Of a DNA stretch of 64,000 bases, positions 53,320-64,000 are shown piece after piece. The stretch covers positions 70,033,820 through 70,097,819 of the forward strand of contig NC_068990.1 in NCBI RefSeq assembly GCF_001194135.2, in the 5' to 3' direction. The DNA is from Octopus bimaculoides. Its lineage: Eukaryota. The notes beneath the pieces are model-generated. The model did no database searches, had not been told where the DNA came from, and worked only from the letters and a program-made list of their open reading frames with translations. The position numbers and the translations under genes are program-made. The number at the start of each line of letters is the position of its first letter. Position 1 is the stretch's first letter.

Positions 53320-54547
53320 ATATATTTGTTTTTCTGTGTCTTTGTGTATGCATTTGTCCCCCACCACTTCTTGACAGCCATTGTTGGTGGTGCTGTGAGC
53401 TGATTTATGTGTATTTACACCATTTGTCTACAGTGAGAAATATTCTCTGTGATAAAGCATAGTGACTGACTTGTTTATGAGTTCGAATGTGCCACAAGCA
53501 TGTTGGAACTGGTAATAACATTGCACTTATACTCATCACTGCCAAGCGCTCCCACCGATTAGCACCCATCACTGTTAATTTGTTTACGTCACCATAAATT
53601 AGCTGTTCAGCACAACAGAACTGATAGAATAAGTACTGGGCTTTAAAAAAATAAGGAAGTGCAATTGATTCATTCAACTAAAACCCTTCAAGGCTGTGCC
53701 TCGGCATGGCTGCCCATCTAATTATGAAAACAAGTAAAAGATAAGAAATAAAGACAGGGTTGATTCTTTTCTCGATTTCAACAAAACTTATAAGAGGTTA
53801 GCCATCAGATCAACCCTAGTACTTATTTTTACATATGGCCATTATTCTACCAGTTTCATTTTGCCAAACTGCTAAGTTACATAGATGTAACCCGTTTCTG
53901 CCCTCAACCATTTTCTCATACTTTAATCCCTGATCTTGTAGCTTAAAACCACTTCTCTTGAGGTTTGTAGTCTTGCAAGCTGCATGGCAACCTCACTAGT
54001 GCTGGTTACACGAAAAAACAAAGGACACACTATAAAGTGGTTACTATTTGGAAGGTAAGTTCCCATAAAATTGATGGAGTAAGTTTGAAGACTTCTGCAT
54101 TCTAATGGAGATCTCACAAGTACATTGATGTTATTGACAGAAACAAACAACATGAAACTGAGGATCTTACTGAAGTTAATAGAGGAGATTCCTGGTGTAG
54201 CATTTGAAATGCTGTTGCAGACATTTGAAAAAGAATATATCTACTGAGTCATCTTCTAAATCTACAAGAATTATTTCTCAAACAGGATATCAAGGAAAAT
54301 TATAGATTTCCCTTTGTGTGATTCAATTTTATTCAGTTTCTTTACTATAAGGATTTCTGTTAAATGCTTTACTAGAAAAGTTATCCAGATTTAAAATCAT
54401 TTTACCTAAAATTAAAAAAAAAACAACAAGGCAACATTTGTACTATTTCCTATCAAATGTGTTATAGATTTGTTTTCATTGTAGTTTTACCAGAGAAAAT
54501 TTTTTTAAATGCAATTGACAAAATATTTTCTTTTCTATTTAATGTAG

Positions 54548-54663
54548 TTTAACTGCACGGCAGTCTGTCCATTATTTAAGCCATATTCGGTACAAGATGA
54601 AGAGCTGAGAGGTCGTACTGTCTGTGTTGATGACAGCCATCCTGTGATACTTGCAAGAATACA
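54548..54663 (+). CDS. EGFR: EGFR exon N, membrane-proximal ectodomain FNCTAVCPLFKPY...RTVCVDD
   Basis: TGTAG acceptor, GTATGT donor, 116 nt, phase 0-2. Confidence 0.88.
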
Positions 54664-54871
54664 GTATGTAACTTTATTCTATATATGTTCTTAATGTGCT
54701 TGTGTGCATGTGTGTGTAGGTATATATATATATATATATATATTGGAATAGTTAGTATGAAGCATTGTGTGGAATATATTCTATAAAATTCATGGGTAAG
54801 GATGGAACAATGCGAAATAAATCCAAGGTAAATCACAAGAAAACAGGCATATGAATTAATGATGATTTACT

Positions 54872-54921
54872 CTACATTCAATATTTCAGGGTTATGACCC
54901 CCCCCCCTCTTCAGGAATTAG
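54872..54921 (-). ncRNA. Minimal type I hammerhead ribozyme motif with intact core
   Basis: CUAAUUC-CUGAAGA-G10-UCAUAA-CCCU-GAAA-UAUU-GAAUGUAG; palindromic AAUAUU replaces stem III. Confidence 0.7.
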
Positions 54922-55093
54922 GAAATGTTGCAGACGGACATGTTTGAGTATGTGGGGAGTAGACATGCGCAGAAAGTTGTTATAGCAACCAGCTAGCTTC
55001 ATATAACTCTCTTCAAAAGAGAGTTATATATAACTCTCTTTTGTACATATAACTCTCTTCAAAAGAGAGTTATATGTACATCTGCAACATTTG

Positions 55094-55142
55094 CTAATTC
55101 CTGAAGGGGGGGGGGGTCATAACCCTGAAATATTGAATGTAG
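55094..55142 (+). ncRNA. Inverted copy of the 54872 hammerhead with core A9 lost
   Basis: CUAAUUC-CUGAAG-G10-UCAUAACCCU-GAAA-UAUU-GAAUGUAG. Confidence 0.6.
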
Positions 55143-55686
55143 AGATAAATCACCATTAATTCATATGCCTGTTTTCCTGTGATTTACCTTGGATTTATTT
55201 CGCATTGTTCCAGCCTTACCCACGAATCTTCCACCAAACCTTAGTCACAATTTATGTTCCTAACACTAACTGAGTAATAACTAAGTTATTTTACTAAATT
55301 CTTTGTTATATTTAAAGTAATTAAAAGAAACACAGAGCATCTCAAAATAAATGCAGTAACAAAAGGTTTAATGGCCATACTGTCATGGATTGGACAGTTT
55401 GACGGGAACCAGTGGGTCTGAAGACTGTACCAAACTCCAGTGTCTGCTTTGGCATGAAACCATACCCTTCCTGATGCCAACCACTTATTATAGTGTCTAC
55501 CGGGTTATGTTTTTATGGTACTGTGCAACAAGTGACATGAGGTTATCATACAACTTAACAAGACATATTTAGTTCCAGTGAATTGCAATAGGAAGGGCAT
55601 AGAGCCATACTGGCATCTGCCTCAACAAAATCCATTTGGCCTATGCATGCATGGAAAAGTTGGCATTAAACAATGTCAATAATGAT

Positions 55687-55907
55687 GAGGGGTGGGGGTG
55701 AGGTGCTGAAAAGTTCCTAGCTTTAGGTAAATGAAAATTCAGGAGGATCAGTTGATTATGATTTTATTCAACATATTTCTCAGAATCACACACTTACTGC
55801 AGTTGGCCTTCAGCTTTTCTAAGACCTGTAAAAGAACTCAAAAGGTTGGGCTTCCAACCAGGCCTTTCGTGATACCCTTAAGGTTAGGAACACTCCCCCA
55901 CCTTGTA
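55687..55907. mobile_element. Short mariner-type MITE upstream of the TM exon
   Basis: Ends GAGG..GTGCTGAAAAGTTCC and GGAAC...CCACCTTGTA; degenerate. Confidence 0.45.
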
Positions 55908-55954
55908 TGTATATTTGCATGTATTTAAAATGTCATTTTTTTTTTAATCTACAG

Positions 55955-56120
55955 AGAAAAACAGAAGAAAACCAATTATATCATCATTGGTGCCGTAATC
56001 GGAGTACTTATGATAGTTTTCTCTACTGGTTTTGCAATCTATTACTCCTGTAAACGAAGGCGAGAAATAGCAGCTGTTACCAAATTAAATGCTGCAATGC
56101 TAGGTTATGATGAAAACGAG
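55955..56120 (+). CDS. EGFR: EGFR exon O, transmembrane helix IIIGAVIGVLMIVFSTGFAIYYSC plus basic juxtamembrane KRRR
   Basis: CTACAG acceptor, weak GTTGGC donor, 166 nt, phase 2-0; hydrophobic stretch followed by stop-transfer basic residues. Confidence 0.9.
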
Positions 56121-56479
56121 GTTGGCATTTTGATATTTCATTAAACTGTTGTAAATTAAGAATTAACCAAGAACTTGTGTGTCAAATTTGGCTGGTTCAT
56201 TATTTGTGTTTTTAATTTGTGTTTATAAAGTCAAATATAATCCTGGTTAAGGATTATCTTGATTGTTTATAAAATTCGATATAATCTTAGTTATGGATTA
56301 ACTTACTTGATTAACTTTGATAAAGAGAGTCTCACAACCATTCATTAGATCATAATATTGTCCTTTATTTAACATTCATATTCTTCAGTTTATTCATCAT
56401 TGCTATGAATCTGTAACTTATTGGTTCAATCCCAGCTATAGAACTATATTATGTTCTTGGATAGATGGTGATGGAAATA

Positions 56480-57362
56480 CAAGGCAGTATCAAAAAGTTC
56501 CTGGACTAGTTATGTTTAATAAAAAAAATAACTTATTTATTTAAGTTTTAATATCATCTCCTTCAAAATAGTCACTTTGTGCAGCAATACGCCGGTCCCA
56601 GTATTCCTGCCACTTTTGGAATCTGTCCTGGAAGTTGTTTTCCATAAGCAAATTGAATCGAAGATATTCTGCAATTTGCTCTAGATCTCAATAAACAACA
56701 GTGACCTTTGAACTGCATTTTTATCGTGGGGAAGAGATGGAAGTCTGCAGGTGTTAAATCTGGTGAATAGGGCAGGTGTTGAAGGGATACCTTGTTGTTT
56801 TTGATGAGAAACTCATGAGTGAGGAAACCTCGCTGATGGGGTGTATTATCATGGTGAAGAATCTAATTCTTTGCGCTCCACAGATCCAGTTGTTTGCACT
56901 GAATATCCTCCCTCAATTGCTTCAAAACATTGTCCTTTGACAAACCTCATGCACAAGCTGATGAATTTTCTCCATATTTCTGGAGGTGATGCTCTTAGCA
57001 GGTCTTCCAGATTGCTCATTATCTGAAGTGCTTGTGCCACTCAAAACATTGCGTACGACCCATTGCCTCATTGCCATAAGCTTGCCTAAGTATGCTCAAT
57101 GTCTCTGTAACAGACTTCCCAAGTTGAAAACAAAATTTCATGTTAGATCTTTGTTCCTGTCCATGATAAAATCACAGACTACAGTGTACATATGATCACA
57201 AAAACACAAATTTCACAACTTGCTCAGTAAACATGGTGATGTCACTCAGCACACTGCCTGCCTCATGAAGGTCACTGCTAGCTCTCACTGTGCACACAAT
57301 TGTGTGCTGCCATCTGTTGGCAAACTACAGAACTAGCCCGGGAACCTTTTTATACCAACTTG
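56480..57362. mobile_element. Internally deleted, degenerate mariner-family element
   Basis: Imperfect TIRs (AGTATCAAAAAGTTCCTGGACTAGTT vs AACTAGCCCGGGAACCTTTTTATACC); mariner-like subterminal CATCTGTTGG. Confidence 0.6.
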
Positions 57363-57366
57363 GCTT

Positions 57367-57861
57367 GCGAAGACCTGTTGGGGCAAATGAAAGCAAAATC
57401 GTGATGGCATCTGTACCAGTGGACCGCTTAGAGCACCGTCCAAGCGTGATCATTGCCAGAGCAGCTGTCTGGCTTCTGTGCCAGTGGCACGTAAATAGTA
57501 CCATTTGAGCGTGATTGTTACCAGCGTCGCCTTACTAGCACTTGTGCTGGTGGCACGTGAAAAGACATTCGAGCGAGGTTGTTGCCAGTGCCGCTGGACT
57601 GGCCCCTGTGCAGGTGGCACGTAAAATACACCATTTTGAGCATGGCCATTGCAAGTACCGCCTGACTGGCCTTCATGCTGGTGGCACGTAAAAGCACCCA
57701 CTACACTCTCGGAGTGGTTGGCATTAGGAAGGGCATCCAGCTGTAGAAACTCTGCCAAATCAGATTGGAGTCTGGTGTAGCCATCTGGTTCACCAGTCCT
57801 CAGTCAAATTGTCCAACCCATGCTAGCATGGAAGGCGGACGTTAAACGATGATGATGATGA
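57367..57861 (+). mobile_element. RTE LINE 3' UTR with four internal sub-repeats and (GAT)n tail
   Basis: Shares AAAAGCACCCACTACACTCTC...GGACGTTAAACGATGATG with the other copies. Confidence 0.8.
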
Positions 57862-58221
57862 CCTCATAAGTGCCTTTTACTACTGCTATGATATTTTGTT
57901 ATGTATCTAAGGTTTCCTTAATCTCTCTTGGCATCACCTACAAAGTGTTTATCTTATTTATTTGAAATATTTATCTGACTATAAGAAAAACTTTATTTTA
58001 CCTGAAATTTTTATGTTAATTTACTTCTAAGTGAAATAAATCAATAGTAATTGAAATACACTATTTGTTAATTTACTTCTAAGTGAAATAAATCAATAGT
58101 AATTGAAATACACTATTTGTTAATTAACTTATATATTTTCCATAAACAGTTACAAAATTAAAATAGTTAGATCTCATAGTTGATCACCTTCTCATTTAAT
58201 TTTGTTTCTTGGGTAATTCAG

Positions 58222-58335
58222 CCTCTCAATCCAACTGATATAAAACCTGATTTGGCCCAACTTCGATTAATTAAAGAATCCGAACTTAGAAAAGGTGGCA
58301 TAATTGGATCTGGAGCATTTGGAACTGTCTATAAG
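58222..58335 (+). CDS. EGFR: EGFR exon P, juxtamembrane B + Gly-rich loop PLNPTDIKPDLAQLRLIKESEL...GSGAFGTVYK
   Basis: TTCAG acceptor, GTGAGT donor, 114 nt, phase 0-0. Confidence 0.96.
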
Positions 58336-58404
58336 GTGAGTTATGAAAAATTAAAAACTGAGTCAGATGACATACATACGTACGTACGTACATACATACA
58401 TACA

Positions 58405-58435
<31 letters not shown>

Positions 58436-58438
58436 TCA

Positions 58439-58701
58439 TTCATACCAGTAATAATTGGAGCACTAGGTTTTGTTAGTAAATACTTAAAGGAGACTCTGGA
58501 TAAACTGGGATTTTCAGAAAGAGAAATCGACCGGCTAATCCGTACATTACTAGTGCAATCTGTGAGTGGAACAGTAAAAGTATGTAAGACTTTTCTCAAG
58601 TGCCAAATGTGAATTCGTCTGTGTTAACTACATCCCAAAGATGGAACCTTGTATCTTTGTTGGAAACTGGCTCCCCCACTCAGTGGAAGATTTATAATAA
58701 T
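58439..58701 (+). mobile_element. 3' end of a restriction-like-endonuclease non-LTR element (R4/Dong-like)
   Basis: IPVIIGALGFVSKYLKETLDKLG...SGTVKVCKTFLK*, short UTR ending TATAATAAT. Confidence 0.65.
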
Positions 58702-61033
58702 CAAAAAAAATAGAAGAGACATATATACATACTTACATACAGACGTACATACAGACAGACATGTGTGTTTGTATATAGAGAGATATATGTGTGTTAAAAT
58801 TGACATCATCCTATTCCAGCCTAACATCTCTCAATCTATCAGAATTCATATCCTGGCTAAGAAGAGCATTCTTGACCTCCCCAATATGATTATCACTGAT
58901 ATTCCCTTATTTTCTAATATAATTCCCCTACTATGCTAGACAGCAACAACAACTAAACATTAGTCTTAGACTGACCATGTGTATAAAAAGCCCATATCAA
59001 ATTTCAACACAATGGTTGGAGAATATCTAACCTATAAACAATGCTAATATGGTAATGTGTGTTGACCTGACTACAAACATGTTTTATGATTGTTCCTCTT
59101 CCAAATTTTGGCAGTACAATACCCTTGCTTCTATTAAGTGACTCTTATACCATCCCCTTACTTCTTTTCACCCCTTTGTAACTTGTCTTCCTCTGTTCTC
59201 TCATCTACTTGCATCTTTCCCTCTTCTTCTTCCCCACTTCTTCGTGGAAAAGCCGTTCCTTCAGTGCTCTGCTTATTCTAACCAGAAATGGCTCTGATGA
59301 AAGTAGCATTAAGTTTCTTAAGTCGTTCAATTTTTCTCTATTAACAGACCAATTGAGTAAACTTACCAGTAATATATCTATAATGACTACTGGAGGATCT
59401 AGTCTTTCTCATTCGCAAAATGAGCCCACTTCAATTTTGCTCAGATTGCTTTCAATGTTGATGCAACTCTGAATTACAATCAAGCAATTACTTTATCTTG
59501 TAAATTAAAGAATCTGATGTTATTTGGAATTAAAGTTGAGAAATTTGGGTAATTTTAGCCAAACGGCAGACAGCAAGACATTAACAGCTTGTTACCATGA
59601 CAACCGCACACTTTGTTGTGTTTCACTCGCATGTGTTGATTCTTCACACCACGAGATTTATTTCACCCTTGTGTTTTGTTTTAATAAAAATTCATATTTA
59701 TCAATTAGAATTTTATTGTAGATATTTTTCATCAATTACCTTAATATTTTACATATTTTTCATATATAGCAAAAGTTGTTTGTGATGTTTCTACAGTTTC
59801 TTGGCATTATGAAGGTGAATGGCATATGTGAACTTAGTACATACAATTTGACATTATTTTTGAATTCTGCATGCAGAAACATATAAGATATAGGTATTCT
59901 TTTTCTTGGGACAAATTCTTTGTTGACCAGTGTTATTCTTATCATAGTTTAAAAATTCAAGCATGAAAACATTACTCAACTTTAAAGTTTTGGAGACAGA
60001 CACCCCATTTTCACAGTCACACACACACACACACACATGTGCATGCACGCACACACACACACACACACACACACATGCACTTATATATTAAGGATGCACA
60101 AAATACATGACAGGTATACATAATACTGAAATACACATAAAGTAAACCCATGCAGACAAATATATTAATATAACAAATTTTTAAACAATAATAAAAACAT
60201 ACAATCAATGAAGAGACAAAAGAAACAGTAAGATGATATATGTTGATTTTATTAGATTTTTCTGTTTATTTAGAAACCTACAATGAAGAGGTCATTTCAC
60301 AGATGCTAAGCTATAAATTTCACAGGGTACAACCTAAAGTTGATACCACTCTGCTAAACACAGAAAATTTCTGTCTCACTATTGGCTAAAAATACACAAT
60401 TTTTCTATTTTTAAACCTCTGTAACTTTTCCTCCAATTTTTTTCTCCACAATATCACACCTTCACAGTTAGACTGGAAAACTTTATTTTAGTCAGTTTTC
60501 AGATTTTTTGCGGTCTTTTAAAAAATGCATATTTTGCGAATGAAAAAAAACTAGAACCCCACTGGAAACAGCTGTAGGCCAAATTTGCTCCAATAAAGGA
60601 AAAATACATAATGACCATTATTTTAAACTTGTTCTTTATATATCAATCTGTGTAAAAACCAGTTTGTGTGGAGCCCATCCACTGATTTACAATATAGAAT
60701 TGTGATGAACCATATAACCTTGATCCCTGCCACAAGATTACCTGAAGTTCTTCAGTAATCTAAATAATTTCGTTAGCCTGGTATGCCAACAGAGAGCTAA
60801 TGAAGTATTTTGTCCAGATTGATAATCCCTCTCTATTAGTTGTATATATTATATGCACACATACACACATAAAAAGCACTGTCTACTCTGTAAAGTGGTT
60901 GGTGTTAGGAAAGGCATCCAACTGTAAAAACCATGCCAAAGTAGACATTGGAGTTTAGTGCAGTCCTCTGGTTTATCAGCTCCTGTAAAACTGTCCAACC
61001 CATGCCAGCATTAAAGACAGACATTGAATGATG

Positions 61034-61067
<34 letters not shown>

Positions 61068-63062
61068 NNNNNNNNNNNNNNNNNNNNNNNNNNNNNNNNN
61101 NNNNNNNNNNNNNNNNNNNNNNNNNNNNNNNNNNNNNNNNNNNNNNNNNNNNNNNNNNNNNNNNNNNNNNNNNNNNNNNNNNNNNNNNNNNNNNNNNNNN
61201 NNNNNNNNNNNNNNNNNNNNNNNNNNNNNNNNNNNNNNNNNNNNNNNNNNNNNNNNNNNNNNNNNNNNNNNNNNNNNNNNNNNNNNNNNNNNNNNNNNNN
61301 NNNNNNNNNNNNNNNNNNNNNNNNNNNNNNNNNNNNNNNNNNNNNNNNNNNNNNNNNNNNNNNNNNNNNNNNNNNNNNNNNNNNNNNNNNNNNNNNNNNN
61401 NNNNNNNNNNNNNNNNNNNNNNNNNNNNNNNNNNNNNNNNNNNNNNNNNNNNNNNNNNNNNNNNNNNNNNNNNNNNNNNNNNNNNNNNNNNNNNNNNATA
61501 TATATATATATATATATATATAGTTCAAATTTACAGAAAACAAAAGATGAAGGCTGGTGTATGAACAACAAACAGGTGTATTTGTTTAATGCTCAGGAAA
61601 AATGGAAAAGTCTTTTATGTTTCAAACCTACGCTCTTCAACAGAAAGGATTAAGAGGAAAAAAAATAGAGAGAGAATGAAAAAAAACAGAGAGAAACAAT
61701 GTGCAGAATTCAACAGTCCAACATGGTGAAATGACTAGAGAAAAGAGGTTGAATAAAAGGGAGATAATAATTATGATGATAATAATAATAATAATAATAA
61801 TATCAATAAAGGTAATGGTGACCCCAATGAACTAAGGTGCACAAGCGTGTGTGCGTATGTGATTTTGGTGTGTGTGAGTGTGAATGGTGGCAAATGAGTC
61901 TAACGTGTGTTGTGTGTAGCAGTTGTGTGCTTATTCAGGTGGTGTGTGCACATGTGTATGTGTGTCTGTGACCAAATAGTGTGCATGTGTATAGTGTATG
62001 TTTGTGGACAAAGTTATATTTGTCTATGTGTGTTGTGTGTGTTTATGCATGTGGCGTGTGTGTGTGTGTGTATATTGTCTGTGTTCAGGTATTATGTGCT
62101 TGTGTAGGTGTGAGAGTGTGCATAGTCATGTGTGTACTGAGTTAAACAGTGTGTGTGGTTGCTCGTATAGTGGTAGGTGTGGTGATGTTAGTGAAGATTG
62201 TATGTGGGTATGTGTGTAATGGTGTGTGAGGTGAGTAATGAGTTGAACAGTGTGTATGGATGTTTGTATAGTGGTGTGGAGAGGGTACTAAGGCAGGCAG
62301 TATGCAGGTGTGTAGGTGGAGGGGGACAGTTGGATGTGGGATGTATATATGAATCTGTGTTAGGTTGGTGTCAGATGAAAGGAAGTAGTGAATTGAGCCC
62401 TTATGGCACAATGGAAGGAAGAGAGAAGATTAATTCTTGTTCACAGCAAAAGTGGGAGTCCAGGTGACCCCTGTGCAGAGACAATCCAAACACAGACAAA
62501 TATGTGTGTGTGTGTGTTGCTGTAGACTTTAAGAAATAGATTACGGACAAAGGGGTTTGTGTTTCAGTTGATAAACCTAAAGATCTTCAGAAAAAATAAA
62601 ATTACAAGGTCACTTGTCTTGATGGGGGTATTTCACATCATGTACAACAAAGTGGGTAGAATATGAATCTAATGACAAATTATCTCAGTGTTATAGCAAG
62701 GGTTCTCGATACCTGCAGGTAAAGAGAATTTTTAACACCTCCTACTTAGGGGACAGGCTTAATAAACAAAAAGAAATTTTGTGCCCATTCATATCTGCCT
62801 CCACTCTCATCTGTTGTTACACCTTTGACTTAGCTATTGGGCAATAGTTGATGTAGCCTTCTCAGAATTGTTGATCTGAGTATCAGTTTTAAATCATAAG
62901 TTGGTGTTTAGTTTGTTTTGTTTTGTTTTGTTTTTTTGTGTCCAACAGAAAATAAAATATTCAATATTTCTCTTTTTTGGCATTTAGCATTTGGTGCTAT
63001 TTTGTTCCTTTTATATATTTACTTGGCAACTTACCTGTTTTAATATTTCTGGTTTCTTAAAG

Positions 63063-63347
63063 GGATTCTGGATTCCTGATGGAGAAAATGTGAAGATTCC
63101 TGTTGCAATCAAAGTTCTCCAAGAAGGAACATCACCAAGCCAGAATAAGGAACTGTTAGAGGAAGCTCGAGTAATGTGCTCAGTTGATCAGCAATGTTGT
63201 ATCAGAATATTAGCTGTGTGTATGACTGCTCAGATGATGTTGATTACACCCCTCATGCCACTCGGTTGTCTGCTCGATTATATCCGCAAAAATCAGAAAG
63301 CTATAGGATCCCAAGTTCTACTCAACTGGTGTACACAGATTGCTAAG
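63063..63347 (+). CDS. EGFR: EGFR exon Q, kinase N-lobe/hinge [17 protein letters not shown]...LEEA...[10 protein letters not shown]...NWCTQIAK
   Basis: AAAG acceptor, GTAAGA donor, 285 nt, phase 0-0. Confidence 0.97.
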
Positions 63348-63499
63348 GTAAGAATTTTCTTTTTTTGTTGAAATATTAGATTTATTGAGTGTGTATTGTA
63401 TTACTTGCACTTAGGTGCTCCCGCATTTGGTAGTGCATAAGTCATCTACCCTAAGTGCATCATTCCACCATAGATTTACTGACTGATGATCTCTGTTGA

Positions 63500-63680
63500 T
63501 GATTTCATCTTTGAACATCCCCTGTGTCGTTGCCCCTGAGGGGTCCACTTAAGGACATGGTTGGCACATCTGTTTGTCAGATGTTTTATAACATGTCTCA
63601 ACCAACTCAGTTGGTATTTGCATATGGTGATAAACACTTAGTATTGGTCTGTTCTTCTGACAGCCTCCTTGTTGCAGCTG
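63500..63680 (-). mobile_element. Degenerate RTE-type LINE remnant
   Basis: Minus-strand QLSWLRHV...KW(T)PQGQRHRG across a frameshift. Confidence 0.45.
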
Positions 63681-64000
63681 ATGAAACCAGCAGCAAGGAA
63701 CATATTGCTGGTTATATTTTAGCTACATTTAAAAGTTGTCATGTTTTTAAAAAATCTACAAAACTCAGAGCTTATAATTTTTTAGTGTGTTCAGTTACTG
63801 TAATCTGTTATTCAGAATACATATAGTTAGTACAATATATGTTATGTACTAAAAATTATTAAAATATTTAAATTAATTACAATTATCTTAACAAATATTT
63901 TGAAGGTACTTCTTCATTAAAACATTAAAAGAAATCTTAGAATAGATGTTACTGGCAAGTGAATAAGACATGTATCTTTTGCTAACTATGTAGTTGCAAA

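Larger units (their letters stand above)
54788..55227. repeat. 147-bp inverted repeat enclosing nested short palindromes
   Basis: Arms 54788-54934 and 55081-55227 differ at 7 positions by my count. Confidence 0.92.

Noticed and set aside
58015-58125. Perfect 52-bp tandem duplication upstream of exon P
   Set aside because: Length is close to the 49-bp overlap artefacts and the copies are identical; cannot be distinguished from a gap-closing error without reads.

Overview
AT-rich, gapped (many N runs), repeat-dense animal genomic DNA. The SINE/RTE/microsatellite landscape suggests an octopod cephalopod (inference). The window holds most of one + strand gene, an EGFR/ErbB receptor tyrosine kinase. 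I reconstructed 17 GT-AG exons (16102-63347, 2843 nt, all phases compatible), running L1 - furin-like CR1 - L2 - extended Cys-rich region - TM helix - kinase N-lobe/hinge. The signal-peptide exon was not found and the rest of the kinase lies beyond the window. Introns contain tRNA-headed SINEs, RTE, R4/Dong-like and CR1/L2-like LINE remnants, mariner elements, MITEs/foldbacks, a truncated 5S rRNA copy and a tRNA-Asp fragment. The most interesting signal is five type-I hammerhead ribozyme motifs of the kind known from Penelope-like elements, in four different repeat families with covarying stems. One sits inside a tRNA-headed SINE-like element and two form a 147-bp inverted repeat. The three antisense copies keep the catalytic core and the two sense copies have lost it. 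Two Pol III RNA-SINE fusions (5S, tRNA-Asp) are also present. All structures were read by eye; no folding or database search was run.
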